From Camelus dromedarius (lineage: Eukaryota), in NCBI RefSeq assembly GCF_036321535.1, contig NC_087437.1, positions 30,196,001 through 30,260,000 of the forward strand: DNA of 64,000 bases, in the 5' to 3' direction. The notes beneath the pieces are model-generated. The model was given only the letters and a program-made list of their open reading frames with translations, did not search any database and had not been told where the DNA came from. How positions within the stretch are numbered: the stretch's first letter is position 1; the number at the start of each line of letters is the position of its first letter. Shown one piece after another: positions 12,732 through 27,009 of the stretch. The translations under genes and the position numbers were made by a program.

Positions 12732-13481
12732 TGTTGAGCCCCAAATTCAGGTTTTATATCATAGAAAGATACTTGGTCTTTTTCCCTCGTTCCTAGCATA
12801 GGTCTCCTAAAACCTTGGAGTTTCCTGAGTGACAGGAGTAGAGAGAGTGTTTTCTGTGCTGATGAGATGACTGCTGATGGGCCCCTGAGTAGTTTCAAGA
12901 TGGAGGCTGGTTGCCAGAAAGCCCAAGACTTAATTAGAAGCCTGGGACTGTCAGTCTCCTCCTCCTCCCTGCCCTCTGGAGAGGGGAGGAGAGTGGAGAT
13001 TGTTAGTCATCAGTAATGCCTACGTGATGAAACTCCCATAAAACCCCCTAAAAGATGGGGTTCAGAGAGTTTCTGGGTTGGTGAAAACTTGGAGGTGCTG
13101 GGAGGGTGGCAGACCTAAAGAGGACAGGGAAGCTCTGTGCCCTCCCGCCATATCGTGCCCCACGCGTCCCTTCCATGTGGCTCTTATTGAGTTGTATGCT
13201 TTATAATGTACCAGTCAAAGTGAGGTAAACGTTTTCTGTGAGTCATTCTAGGGAATTATTGAACCTGTGGTGGGGTTGTGGGAATCTCTGAATTTGCAGT
13301 GAGTTGGGGAGAAATATGGGCACCTCATTTGTGGCTGGCATGTGAAGTGGAGCACTCTTGTGGGGCCTATGCAGTCGGATCTCACTCCACATATTACTGT
13401 CAGGACCGAATTGAATTGTTCGACACCACTTGGCATCTGACAACCAAGGACTCAGTTGGTATCTGGAGGAAAACCCCTGCA
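12732..13481 (+). mobile_element. Solo ERV LTR, MER21-like
   Basis: Starts TG. Contains CTCCTAAAACCTTGGAGTTTCCTGAGTGACAGG, GCCTACGTGATGAAACTCCCATAAAA, GAGTTTCTGGGTTGGTGAA and GAACCTGTGGTGGGGTTGTGGGAATCTCTGA, which are MER21-family motifs. Confidence 0.75.
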
Positions 13482-14377
13482 ATATCCCTTTAGCTCTGTG
13501 AGATTGTCCAAATACCTACCGAAAGTTCTGACTCTTGGCTGCAGTTCTTGATTTCTCTGCCCCCAGTCCTATGCCTAGAACTGGCAAGTGCCTGAGGGGA
13601 AAAAGAATGTCAGTGTCACCTCTCTTGAGATTCCCTTCTCTCTCTAATCTTGGCCTCCCACACACTGGTCTCATCTCAGCTTTCTTTTTTCAAACAGATG
13701 TGGGTTTTTTGTTGTTGTTTTATATCTAGCTGTATAGTACAAATATTAGTCTGTTTCAACCTATTCCATCAGAGCCAAACGTGGAAGTCTGAAATTTAAA
13801 AAATTATAGTAATGACATCTTGTATTATTAAATAAAAATATTTGCTAATCTGGTTGTTTCTGTGTGTAAGGACTCTGCAGGATACCACCAATGGAGCCAA
13901 ATAGACCCAATTATGCCTTTATGGATCCTCAAGTAGGAGAACCAGTTGTTAAACAAATAATGACATGAATAAATATAGAATTATAAGCTGTAATAAATGC
14001 TAATAACAGTAACCAACTGATGGATTTTTTTCCCCACAAGCAGATTTCTGCCTAAATGCAATCTTACAGATGTGGCCTTCCTTGCCCCTCTTACCTCCGG
14101 TGTATCTTAACTTCCTTACTCTGTTTTATTTCCCCCATCATTTGATAGCTTGCTCTCACTCTATCATCTGTCTGTTTTTGGTTGTATGTCTCCCCCACTA
14201 AAATGAGAACTCTTTGAAGTAAAGGACTCTACTTTTTTTTTTTTTTTTACTGACTTATCTATAGCTTTTTGTGTGTAGTAGATACTCAACTTTTTAAAAT
14301 GTTGAATGAATGACTTTTTACTACATGCTGACCACTTTGGTAAGATTTTTTGGTGCATTTGATTTTACCTACCCTAT

Positions 14378-14873
14378 TGTGGTAGGCTGAATGATGGCCA
14401 ACCATAGAGATCAGGCTCTTATTCCTGGAACCTATAAGTGTTACCTTTTAAGGAAAAAAGGGTCTTTGAAAATGTGATTAGATTAAGAATCTTGACATGG
14501 GAATATTATTCTGGATTATTCCAGTTGGCTCTAGATCCCATCACAAGTATTCTTATAAGAGAGAGGCAGAGGGAGATTATGTGTCAAATCTGAGATTACA
14601 GAAAAGGAGGCAATGTGACCAGAGAGACAGAGACTGGAGTAATGTGGCCACAAGTCATGGAATGCTGGCAGCTACCAGAAGCTGGGAGAAGAAAGGAATG
14701 GATTTTCTCATAGAGCTTCCAAAGAGAGAATGGCTCTGCCAGCACCTCAGTTTTGGACCAGTGAAACTGATTTTGGACTACTGGCCTCCAGAACTGTGAG
14801 GGAATAAGTTTCTGCTGTATTAAGTCACCAAGTTTGTGGGTAATTTGTTATAACAGCCATAAGAAACTATACA
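14378..14873 (+). mobile_element. Solo MaLR LTR (MLT1D-like)
   Basis: TGTGGTAGGCTGAATGATGGCC...CTGGCCTCCAGAACTGTGAG...TGTTATAACAGCCATAAGAAACTATACA. 5-bp TSD CCTAT/TCTAT. Confidence 0.9.
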
Positions 14874-16039
14874 TCTATGACCTTGGTGTTGTTAATCATG
14901 ATTCCCATCTTACCAGTGAGGAAACTAAGACACAAAAAGTTAAGCAACTTCCAAAAGGTAACATATCTTTACTTGGTAGCATCAGTGTTCAAACCTTAAC
15001 AGTTAGATATGTGTCTAACTGCATTGATGGATCATAGAAATCTTCTTAAATATGTAACAGTTTAAGTCAAGATTTGAAGAATGGGTAAGAATAAGTCAAA
15101 TGAAATGTGAAGAGAGTTCCTGCAATGGTAACGATCTTATTAGCTCATTCAAGAATTTGAAATGTAGCTCATTTGTAAGCTTTGTAGCACATAGTTGATG
15201 AGGAAGGCTGGATCACCTTGTAGAGATTTCTAGAGATTTGGGGTATTATCTGAGTGCAGTAGAAACTAGGTTTATTTGGTGGAACTATATAATCAGATTT
15301 TCATTTTAGCAATCACTATGATTTCTGTATGGTGAATAAAGAGATCTAGTTAGGGCAAGAGCAAGTCAGAGAATATCATCAGTGGTTCAGGCAGAAGGCA
15401 TTGTAGCCCTGGATTGAAACTATGACCATGGGGATGTAGAGAAGTGGACATATTTGAGGAAAAAAAATATATAAGGGCTAATTTTGATATATGAGATGAG
15501 GGGAGAGAGAGAGAGGTCAAGAATGATTCCTAGGTTCCCAGAATGAGCATTTGTGTGAATGAAATTGTTAACTTATTAGAAGGTGAATATTGTAGGGAAA
15601 AACCCTTTGTGTGGGAGAGAGAAATCAAGAGCTCAGATGTAGACCGGTTACATTTGAGATGACTTGGAGACAAAGAATAGAGACAGCACACAGGGAGTTG
15701 GTTAAATGGGTCTAGAGTTAAGAGAAAAGCTATATGTCAGAGATATATATATTTGGAATATCAAAACCTAGGGAAAGGCTGTAGAATGAGAAGATAGAGA
15801 ACCTTAGGTCCAAGTCCTGGAGAATTTCAAACCTTTGAAGTCAGGGAAAGCTAGCTAAAGAAATTGAAAAGAGTGACCAGAAGATAGAAGAAAAATGAAA
15901 AGACTCATGATAATGACAGTACTGTTAACTATGTTGAATGCTGCAGAGAATTACAGAAAGATAAGGACTAAATTTTGGTGTTTGAATTTAGTAACATGGA
16001 TGTTAGAAAGAAGAATGAATAGAACAATGTGGGCAGAGC

Positions 16040-16620
16040 AGTATTGAATTGTGCTGTCAGCACCATCCATTGTCCTACCAAAATCCTCACATTTTTTTCC
16101 TTGATTTTTTTCCTGTCTAACATGTTCTTTCACCACCCCCAAAAGCCCATGTAACTCAAGGGATGCTTACTCTATCCTCAGCTCCAGGTAAAATTACTCA
16201 AAACAAGTTGTGGTAATCCCACATTCCTTATCTCTACTGATTTAGGTTTCAGATTTAAGGTGATTGGTATATAGCATTCCTTTGGTGACTGTCCAAGATA
16301 GGATATAGGATCTTTTTTTTCACAATCAAACTGAAGAGAACTTTTATCATCTGGTTGAAAGGGAGACCCTCCCTCTTTCCTGATGGATATGAATAAGGAA
16401 GCATGTTTTCCTAGTTGATGCCAGAAATATCTTATGACCAAGAAGGATGTCTGCCAGGGTCAAAGTCAATACACAGAGGAAGAAAGAGCTCAAAGGATTT
16501 CAGAGATACTAAGTTGTGGCCTATGCATGCATAAAACAATCACCTCCTCCTACTTTTGGACTTTCTGACTGTGAAGTCACACTTTTTATTATTGTTTAAA
16601 CCAAAATCATTCTCATATAA
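16040..16620 (+). mobile_element. Ancient MaLR LTR (MLT1K/L-like)
   Basis: Degenerate MLT1 motifs (GTGATTGGT...GCAT, GGACTTTCTGACTGTGA...ATTGTTTAAACCA). Confidence 0.5.
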
Positions 16621-17039
16621 ATACTGGAGATGAAGATGTAGAGTCAATGTATTTAGACATTTCTTTCAAGGTGATTAGCTATGGAGGAGAATATAGAAAT
16701 AGTATGGGTGGTTGAATGCTAAAAGGAAGAAAATGTTAGATGAGACAGAAAGGTAATTGAGTAAGGTCCATGAGCAGATGAAATGAGTGAGATCCAGAGC
16801 ACCTGGGAATAGAAAGGATGATTCCTCAATTATAGCAAGAGAGTAAAAGAATAGATGGATGCAGATGCAGGAGGTTCTGCATATTTAATTAGAGTAGTCA
16901 AGTGAAATTTTACGATTAAATAACTTCTATTTTCTCAGTGAAGTTAGATAATGCGTTGTCTGCTGGAAGATGGAGGTGGGATGGAATGGTGGTTTTTGGG
17001 AGCTTGAAGAAATTATGAAAGAGTAATTACCGAGAATGG

Positions 17040-17461
17040 GTATTAGTAGATGGCATTAATGTCTTCAGTTCTTCACTACTTCCTGTATTCACAGTCTTTG
17101 TCATATAACTTTATCATTAGTCCCACAGAAGAGGCAAATAATGTATCTACCTTCTGACTTTCGGTATGATTGTATTACTTGCTTTGGCTAGTAGAATGAG
17201 GTGAATGTGACTTTATGCCAGCCAGTTCTTAGCTTAAATCCTAAAAGGCCTTGCGAATTGATGCTTGATTTCTTCTTTTGCTGCTAATGCCTTAAGAATG
17301 TGTCCAGGATGGCTCACTTGTTCTAAGAGGCAGTTGAGAAATATGTGGAGCAAAACTGCCACAGCTGAGCTGTCCCAGCTGGGTCTGGCCTATATCAGAC
17401 AGCTCCCAACTGACTCACAGATTCTGTGTTTCTTTTGGATATGAATAGGTAACTGATACAC
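17040..17461 (+). mobile_element. MaLR LTR (MLT1I/J-like)
   Basis: ACTTGCTTTGGCTAGTAGAATGAGG internal motif and AATAGGTAACTGATACA terminus. Confidence 0.65.
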
Positions 17462-20339
17462 TGTGAAAGCAAGCTTACTAGGGAAACTTAGTATTAGGGC
17501 CATCTGAAAGTCCAGTTATAAATTAGTAGTGATGTTAATCTTTCCAGTTGAGGAGTTTTCTCCTGCAGAGCTGAGCTTCAGAATACAAGGATATAGAAGA
17601 CAGATGAATGAATTGGAAAGTAACAAGAAGAGGTGGCTGATGGATATTGGGAGATTGGAGATGGTAGTACATCAGATAATGCATTGACATTAAAAATAAT
17701 GTAAAGTGGTATACTTAAATAAGTTGGAAAAAAAGAAAATTGTGACTAGGAAAAGGGAACATTTGCACAAGTGATAATAAATATAACCAGTTGAAGGTTA
17801 TGACCACAGAAGTGGGTGGCTAAGGTAGAAGGGAAGACCCAAGGGATGAAGCAGTGTAGGAACTGAGAGATTAGAGATGGCTAATCTATGGGATTGTCAA
17901 ATCACTCAGCATGCCTGACAGGAGATGCAGTAGAGGAGACACCAAGTTTGGTGGAGGGCATTGGAAATCGTTTTGAATTTTTGTAGCTCCTATGTTATTG
18001 GGATATGCTTCTGAATTATTTTAAACAGTAGGAATCCGTGCTAACCAGAATCTTTCAAAGGTAACCTTCAGTGGCTCTATGTTATATCCACAGGAAATCT
18101 CAGGAGGGTTGCATATTTGTATATTTAACAATAACTTATTAAGTTATTGGGAAAAAACCTACAAATTACTTCTGATGATAAAAGTTAATCTTTTCTTAGC
18201 AATAGAGGGGTCATATGGTTGTATAAAATCTATAACCTTCACCAGTAATTCAACATGTGCTTGAACAAAACCCAGTATAATACTCTCCTGAATGATATAG
18301 TAGTCCTTGGCTTTTAAATCTTAAGGGGTGAATTTTCAAAGGCTTTGTTTACATATAAAAAAATTTTTTTCTTGGCAAATCCTTCTTTGGAGAACTATTT
18401 TCTACAAAAGCGAACTTCTAAAGTAACTGAAAGTTAAGCTTTTTAAGAAAAACTGCTTTCATTCCTATGAAACATCTGATGGAAACATTTATAAAAGGAG
18501 ATATACATATTTTTATATATATATGTAGTATATTCATACTTATGTCTATGCATCATAATTATGAACATCAATTATGTAATTGTGCTATAGTATAGTGACT
18601 CTCAGGACAATTGAATGAATTGTGTTTAGTTTCCTCTTTCATTGTCAAAATATCTCATTTCACCACTCAATGTACACATCTACCTTTGACTGTCCTCCTT
18701 TTCTTCCTAATTTTTTTTTTGCTTCTAATTTATTTCAGGCCTATGAAATCATATAGCCAAACTTAATTAATCTATGTAAAGTAGAAATAAATAGGCTCTG
18801 AGTAAGTACCTGAAGGAACTTACTATTATATGATATTTGTTAGAAATATTTTACCTGCTGAAGGACCTTTTAAATGTTATTTGCTGGCTCTAAACACTTG
18901 AGATTACTCTTACATGACCTCAAGATCAGCAAGATATTACTATACTTTTTATAAAGACTTTGTTTTAAACTTTTTTCTTATGTGGACTCAAGATGCATAG
19001 AGCTGTTATTAATATTAACAGTTGAAACCTTCATAACTTAGTTAGATAAGCATAGCCTCATAATGTTTTAAAGCTGAAGAAGGCCTTAGAGTACATTGTT
19101 CCAAAGTTAGGTTTAATATCTTACTGTTAAAAAAAAATTTTGAAAGAGTCATCTATAAAGGATATTGAATATCTTACTCTAAGAACGAGGGATATTAAAA
19201 AGTATGATATGAATCTCTCACTCAATCTGATTGTCTTGATTCTGGTTGACCAGAAATTGAAACTGGAATTTCCTAATATTAAAACTAAGTATAGTTTTTA
19301 TACTACATTCATTTAAAACTTATCTTCATGATCTTCAATAAACTGTCTAGAAGAAACATCACTACCATGAATAACTAAAGAAAAATATTCCTTCAACTCA
19401 CACATGAATATATTCAGTACTGTTTAATTTCAAGCATAGTTATCAACACACAGTTGGGTCATTTAATGTTAATGATAGAAGTATGGTTCCTAAATTTCAA
19501 AGACATAGTCAAACATGTTAAAGGCAAGACTGCTTTATATATGAATTTAGAAAGTAATTTTAACATCATAGTAATATTCAAGATGAGCTGCTGAACTTTG
19601 GAGGAAGAGATGACCCCAGTGATGGTCCAATTGCAGACTTACTGAGCTTTGAATTCATCTCATCTTCTTTGGAGAAATTGAATCTTAGAAGGTTTAAATG
19701 AATTTCCCAATAGGTTACACAGGAAGTATTTTCTTTCTTTCATTTGTTTATTCATTCATTCATTTAGTCCTCCCACATCTGTTGTACATCTAGTGTGTTC
19801 CAGGTAGTACGTGAGGCCTTTGGACTATACAATTAAAAAAAAAATAAACTTCTAAAAGTTCATGGTCTGGTAGTAAAAATGGGACTAGTCCCTAACATCA
19901 GAACTAGACTTCTGATGCTTGTTCATGGCTGTTTTCCCATATCCTTCATACTTCATTTGCTTCTACCAACAGTTCAGAAGACTGTGGCTCTATTCTGAGG
20001 ACTCTAATTTTGGGCAAATTATTTTCAGGTCTTTAGGATCTGTTTTCCCATTTTTAACCTAAAAAATAAGCTTCTTAGTTTCTCTGGGCTACTTTAATAA
20101 CAATAATATAATATGTGTGAAAACATCTTGAATTGCGCATATAGAGTTATGGGTAAGGAAACTAGTTAAGAGATTTACCCAAGTTCACTCAGCTAGGAAG
20201 AGACAGAATCCAGATTTCCTGATCACTGTGTCAAGAAGCTATTTGTTCCTATTCCATGAATATTGTCCTTCTTTTGAAGGATAATTTGAATGATCTCTGC
20301 ACAAACAATGGCTTCTGAACTTATTAAATAAAATGTTAG

Positions 20340-20945
20340 TGTATTAGTCAGGGATCTCCAAAGAAATAAAACCAATAAGATATGTTTATATATATATATG
20401 ATATGATGTATATACATATGGTATCTATATATCTTATATACAAGTATATGTATGTATATAAAGATTTATCTTATGGAATTAGCTCACATGGTTGTGGAGG
20501 CCTGGAGAGTCCAAAATCCGACAGAGGAGGAGGCTGGAAGGCTGGAGACTCAGGAAAGAGTAGCAATTTGAATCCAAAGGCAGTTTGCCATAGAACCATA
20601 AAGTGCCTATGTTGCTGATAAATTCTGAAGGCAGTCTTAGAATTTTCTCTTTCTTCGGAATGTCAGACTTCTGTTCTGTTCAGGTCTTCAACTGATTGGA
20701 CGAGGCCCATGCACATTATGGAGAGCAATGTGCTGTACTCAAAATTCCTAATTTAAATGTAAATCTCATCCAAAAACACCCTCACAGAAATGTCCAGAAT
20801 AGTTTTTTTTTTTTAATTTTGTTTTTTCTTGAAGTGTAGTTGATTTACAATGTTAGTTTCAGGTGTACAGCAAGATGCAGAGTAGTTTTTGACCAAATAT
20901 CTGGGTACTGTGGTCCAGACAAGTTGACACATAAAATCAACCCAG
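20340..20945 (-). mobile_element. Solo ERVL LTR (MLT2), containing a tiny nested L1
   Basis: TGTATTAGTCAGGGATCTCCA...CTTCAACTGATTGGACGAGGCCCA...CAAGTTGACACATAAAATCAACC. Flanks GTTAG/GTTAT. Confidence 0.88.
20807..20877 (-). mobile_element. About 70-bp L1 3'-terminal insertion inside MLT2
   Basis: Poly-T plus TTGAAGTGTAGTTGATTTACAATGTTAGTTTCAGGTGTACAGC. TSD CAGAATAGTTTT (20795-20806) / CAGAGTAGTTTT (20878-20889). Confidence 0.85.
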
Positions 20946-21918
20946 GTTATAAATACATATTAATCAATAATATTTATAACCTGGATTCTGACCTAATTTA
21001 CTTTGGAATAAATATAGGAGAAGTTACATTGCCTCTATAGGCCAGTTTTTTCACCTGAAAATTAAAGATTCCAAATAGATGATTTATAATATGTTTTGTA
21101 TTATATCCTGTTGTTCATCTTGGACTCTGAATTAAAACTAATTAGAATTTGATTTAAAATAGTTGTAGCAAGGAAATAATCATACAGTTTATTTATTCAA
21201 CAAATATTCATTAAAGAATAAGTTATTTTAGTGCTTCTACTGTTAGGTGCCATCTTAAACATTATTCCACATTATGAATTCAAATTAAACTCTTAAAAAG
21301 ATTTCGGTTTCTAAAAGTGACAGTTGCAAAACTCAAGATTCCATATCTGCTCATTTTCCATTTATTTTTGTTTGGTCACCAATCATATTTATTTTTGTTA
21401 ATCTTACCTAGATTTGTAAATGTATTCAATTTAAATTTCAATTAATCAACAAATCTACTAATAAACCAGCCAACCAACAAATACCCGCCATGCACAAGCT
21501 ATCTGGCCAAGCAATTCAAAGTCTTGAAATGTGCCTCTGATGTATGCCTCTAACTGGGGAAAAATTAGGCTTCAAACCTCAAAGGAACACTTCTCATTAC
21601 TTTGGATAAAACAATCTTGCACTAAAAAGAAAGGGCAGAAAATGCCATCTGCCTTAAGGAAATAGCTTTAAGGGAGGTTTAAAAATTTTTCAAAAGAAAA
21701 AAGCTATGAAACACTATGCATAATAAATGCTCATTTGTATGATGCAATATTAATAAAGTACAAACATTTTCATGTCTCAAATCAGGCCAGACTCCTGAGC
21801 AGCTTTGAAGAGTGATAATTAAGTATTTAGTCTTAAATTAACCCAATTGTATTCAAAAATATAATGTTATAGGCACACTGGCAGTGCTTGGAATTAGAAC
21901 AAGAACAGGGCTAAGTAG

Positions 21919-21942
21919 TTTTTTTTTTTTTTTTTTTTTTTT
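21919..21942. repeat. Poly-T run
   Basis: 24 consecutive T. Confidence 0.95.
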
Positions 21943-23222
21943 CCTGGTTCCTTTACTCACTAGCTGCACTACTTTGTGTTGTATTTTTACTTTTTCTGGA
22001 CCTTAAAGCAGAATGAAATTTCTGGCTGTAAACTGGGGGTAAAGGTGAATACCTTAATGAAAACAAAATACTGTTTCAATGCATACTGGATCCTAAACCT
22101 GTCAGACTCAAAGTGTATGTCCTGCACTTGGAGTTGCTGCACAGATAGTGACAAGAGGCATTTATTGTAGCCTAAGGTTACGGTCAGTGGTACTTTTTTG
22201 GAGTGAACATTTTAACTAGAAGTTTGGATTAAGTGTAATTTTAGGGATCTGACTGTATATGAAATTCAGCAGTCTCATGGACATTAGATCAAAATTTTCA
22301 CAAATGTAAGTAGAAGATTTACTAAGAAAACCAAATTTGATCTATATGATTTCAAGCTTTAAAACATCTTCTTTCATAGAGTTACAAGAGTACTTCCTAA
22401 CTACTTGACTCTATGGCTTAAAAAAAAAAAGGGAAAAGGTAACTTTAGATGATTTACTTTGCATGTGCAACAATTTGAAAATTTCCTTTTGTTTGTGATA
22501 TATAAATTACTCACTCTCATCCCCTTCCTAGACCATTTTAACCTAACCTGCACATGTCCAGGGAAGTGCACTTCCTCTTGGTTGCTCCAGATTTCTTTAT
22601 TCTTTTATTTGTTATGCTAGACTGCACATACTGTTTCTATGTTTTTGTCTATTTTCACCTCACTATATCCTTCCTTCCTATACAGTCTTATTTAATTCCA
22701 AGGTTCAAAATACAACTCTTAATTCAGGGATCCTATTTCATAGCCAGAGTCTTGATTTCTTACTTGAGCTCCAAGTCTCTGATCTTTCCTTTTACTTATA
22801 TTTTTCATTCACTGTCCTCCATCAGAGGAAATCAATAAAAATAAACCAGTTTTGAACATTGGGAAAGAAATGGTTCCTTCTTTAGGGGAATTTGTGTTCC
22901 AGTAGGTAAGGGAGAAATTAAATAACCAATTACCCAGTAATTTTTTTGATCATAATTTTATGTAGTATACATTCCTGACATTATCTACTCAGTTGTGATC
23001 TAAGAAAGGCCACTTTTTTCATATTAAACACACAGACATACTAGTTTCTTACTTGAAGGGCTGGTACCCTTAGAGTTCCAATCTCTGCTACTGGTGGTGA
23101 TGACATCCTGGAGGTTGACTTGCCCTTACAGCCCAGAGGATCATTGGTAGATGGCCCAGCTGACCACACAGAAGCTTGGGGTATGGCTTAGTCCTCTCAC
23201 CCCACCACACTGGAGGAACTGG

Positions 23223-23244
23223 TGTGTGTGTGTGTGTGTGTGTG
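23223..23244. repeat. (TG)11 microsatellite
   Basis: Direct reading. Confidence 0.97.
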
Positions 23245-25412
23245 TCTGGGATGACAGGGACAGCCTGTGATTTGGAATATGCTTTAATTCTGGATTCCAT
23301 GAAGAACTTAAAATTCCCTGCTCTTCTGACTTTGCCTCAGGGAAAAGGGGGAAATTTGGGGAAGGATAATCCTCACTGTGCCATTCACCACTTTTTACAG
23401 TCCTGCCCACACTTCAGTTGGACAGGGACACATTTGCAGTACTCACTCAGCAAAATCTGGCTGAATGGTACAACCTTCTCCTTTGCTGCAGATGATTCCA
23501 AACTCTGGAGTCATAGGAAGAGAAAGATGAGCAAGCAGCAGACGTGCCAGCATTTCAGATTCCCCAGTGCTCCCTCAGACTTGTCCTCATTCTGTATCTG
23601 GCTACACTGAGCTCATTCAGTTCCTGGAAGATACCTGACTCTCTTTTACACCATGTATTTGCAGATGCTCTACCATCTGCCTCAAATTTTCTTCTTTAAC
23701 TCACCACACCCCTTTTCTGTATTCCTCCTTATCCTTCAGTTTCTAATGTAAATACTACTTCCTGGCGCAAAGTGCTCCTCTTTCTTTCATATGGTGTTAC
23801 AGTAACTCAAATGCCATTTCTTGTGGACCTTATTTACATAAATCTTTTATTATCTACTGTGATTTACGAAAGTCTGTCTCTTGCACTTACCTTGACATTA
23901 ACAATTGAGAGTCCCCAGCAACAGAAGGGACACCAGTATCCAGTAGTCAGATATATACAAATATATGAATCCTTATGAATATAGATATTTCTAAGAATAA
24001 ATTGAGCTTCCTGTTGCTCATAACTGAGTGAAGAATTTCAATAACACATCCTACCTATCATTTTGAGGCCTGGGACACATTTATGCTAATCATTGAATAC
24101 CAGTGGTGCTGGCATCTAGTAGATACTCAGTAAATACCTGATGAGTGAATAAATAAATGAATGTTAGCCCTAATGTATTTTGACTAAAAAAAAGAAGGAT
24201 TACAGAAGTTTTATTATCACAAAACATAAATTTATATGCAAAAGCACTGTAGATCAAGTTTATCACAGTCAGTGAGCTGTTTCTTTTTCCTCAGGAGGAA
24301 ATACAACTGTGGTAAGGTCTATCCTTGTAGTTCTGATGACTTATGTTTTGATGATCAGATAAAAAAAGAAAAGGGCTCAAAGAAGAGAATGAAAACTAAC
24401 AATCAGATGCTCTAGGAAAAACAAAAAAACCCTGCTATATACTTTTTTAACATGAAAAAGTGGCTTTGGTCACAGTTTCCATCATGGCTTTTATTTTCAC
24501 TTTAAGGCAGCCCAGATGTTTGAAACAATGCCAAGTTTTTAATAATGATGAAATCAGAAACTGCCAACATGGAGACATTTGAGTAATGAACCATAGACTC
24601 AAGCCTGAGTTTATTAAGAATCGATTGCAAGACTTCGTAAAAAATATATCTCTAAATGTACTGTCTGCACTAAATTTAAGAGACTTTAAATTCTCTTAAT
24701 TACTAAATTCACTTTTTATCTTATAACAAACACATTTGTCATTTTTTTCTCCTACTCCTACTACAAACAGCCAGTGTGAAATACACATCAATCTGTGTTC
24801 AGTCTAAACTCACTAAATTTGGGAACATTGCCATTTCATCTTAACTCTGTCCTGAGACCACAGAATTGCAGCAAAATGGCAAGGACCTGGGCTTTGAGCT
24901 AAGAAACAGATCACTTTCTTCCCATCCTATCAGCCTGACTTTAGACAGGACCACACCTGAGTGCTACCTTCAAATGAAGGCCTTGTTCCCTTAAAGACAT
25001 TCATAAAAGGTGATTATACAACATTAAAAAAAATTTAAAAATATGTATTCAACTGAGATTGGGGACACTGAGATTACTTCTGGTTCTCAGGTTATCAATC
25101 TCTAAGTAACTGTTAAGTACATACCAAAAATCATATTAAACTATGCTTGGCTGTTTCTTTTCTACCAGAATGAACCTAGTTTTTTTCTAGTGTTTTGTTG
25201 ATTTTCAAGTGTCAAGCTACCTGCAGTTACTTGACTAAACTAGTATTTTTTAAGTATCCACTATTATACAGGGTTTGGGTTGTTTTTTTTTTTTTTTTGG
25301 AGTAATACAGAATAAAGCTGGAAATTATGTGAATGAGTTCTATCGATAGAAACCTCTAAACACCAAGTAGCTGAATACATGAGCAGATAAGCAGAGGATT
25401 TTGGCCTTCTGC

Positions 25413-25418
<6 letters not shown>

Positions 25419-25508
<90 letters not shown>

Positions 25509-25540
25509 TACACACACACATACATACATACATACATATA
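25419..25540. repeat. (CA)42 microsatellite with compound CATA tail
   Basis: Perfect CA from 25419 to 25502, then CA/TA/CATA units. Confidence 0.98.
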
Positions 25541-27009
25541 TCTCCTTTCCAATTTCCTTGTTTCCGCATCATAATTCCTCAGGACTGAGAGGTAAAAGGT
25601 GGTGTCTAATTGGGCAACATGGTCCCGGTGAAGCCCAGGTTGTTTAGGCTCTGTTGTTAGTGTGTGCACATGCCCACAGTCACACTCCCCACATACACAC
25701 ATGCACACAGAAATAAAATAGTGTACCTTGAAAAATAAGAAATAATAGAAAAAATAGTTCTTACCCACCAAAATTTGGAGCAAGTAGGCTCCATTACAAT
25801 TTCTTGAGCATGGGAGTAATATTATTTTTTAAGGGTTTCAGCCGATCCATGTGGCAATAAAAGCTGCATTGTGCTTCCCAGATTATCAACTTTAGGCAGA
25901 GTTTACTGATGCCCTGCTATGTAGCAGGGAGAAACAGGAACAGGGAGATTTATCAGGAAGCAGCCACAGTGAACCAGGCATGAGTGAACAAAGGTCTCCT
26001 CTGGCTGATGTGATGTAGAGATGAGTGGGAGCTGAAGGACTGAAAGATGTGGAGAGGTTTCTAAGTTTGTGAGAAAAGAATGGGAGGTGACTTAGGGGTA
26101 GAGGATAAAGAAGATACCTGTTTTTAGGCATGTTAGTTTATGATAATACTGGCCTATCCAAGTGAAGATGTTGTGTGGGCAGCTGGAGGTGAATGACTGA
26201 AACTCAGGAGAGGGAAGGCAGAAAAACAGTTTGAAAATACAGAGCTGTGGAATATGTTATATCAAATTTAGCATCTTATTCAGCTCAAGGCCTCACTGCC
26301 TTTTTTGATTCTTACCCTTCTTTCCATCATCAATAGATAGAAAGTATTCAAAAGTTCCTTCATTCTGGTGTTAATTGTACCTTGATTTAACTATCTCAAT
26401 ACCTTGTAAATTCGTCTCATCAATTTGTTTTCTACCTTGATCGAGCATATCATATATGACTTGACAAGCCTTACTTTTCCAAACAATTCTGCACAAATAA
26501 TATTTTTGGCTTCCTACTGCCTACAAAATTAAAGCTAGACTTCTCTCAGCCTGGCGTTTCAGCTCCCATCCACTATTTGCAGGCTAATTTTTTCATTATT
26601 GTCCTCCATGAACCCTATGCTGTAGCAAATTGATCTACTTGCTGACCGTCACACATACTTGATGCTTTCTTATCTCTGTGCACTGCTTACTCTGATCCTG
26701 GATGTCTTTCCTAAGTCAGCATGCCCAAATCTTAAGCATAGGCCAATTCTACCATAATTGCTCTAACTGGAGATCCCTTTGGCATTTCACCTGTATCTCT
26801 TACACCACTGATCTTACTTTATGTTGAATTAAATTTATTTGCTACTCTTCCTTATCCCCCTAAAAACTCTTTAAGTTTCTTAAAGACAAGAACTAGTTCT
26901 GAAAGAATTTTTAGATTTATTGGTATTTGCTATTATTTTTTGTGCATACCAGTACTCAAATAGTTATTAAAATAAATATACTTTCTCTTAATTACATTAG
27001 AGTTTTAAT

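Larger units (their letters stand above)
15050..17950 (-). mobile_element. Long degenerate L2, interrupted by two MLT1 LTRs
   Basis: Purine-rich L2 motifs, e.g. GTCAAGAATGATTCCTAGG and GTTGAATGCTGCAGAGA. Confidence 0.6.

Noticed and set aside
25264..25783. ORFs with (CV)n
   Set aside because: Translation of the CA microsatellite. Likewise for ORFs at 23088-23610, 30189-30521 and 31806-32000.
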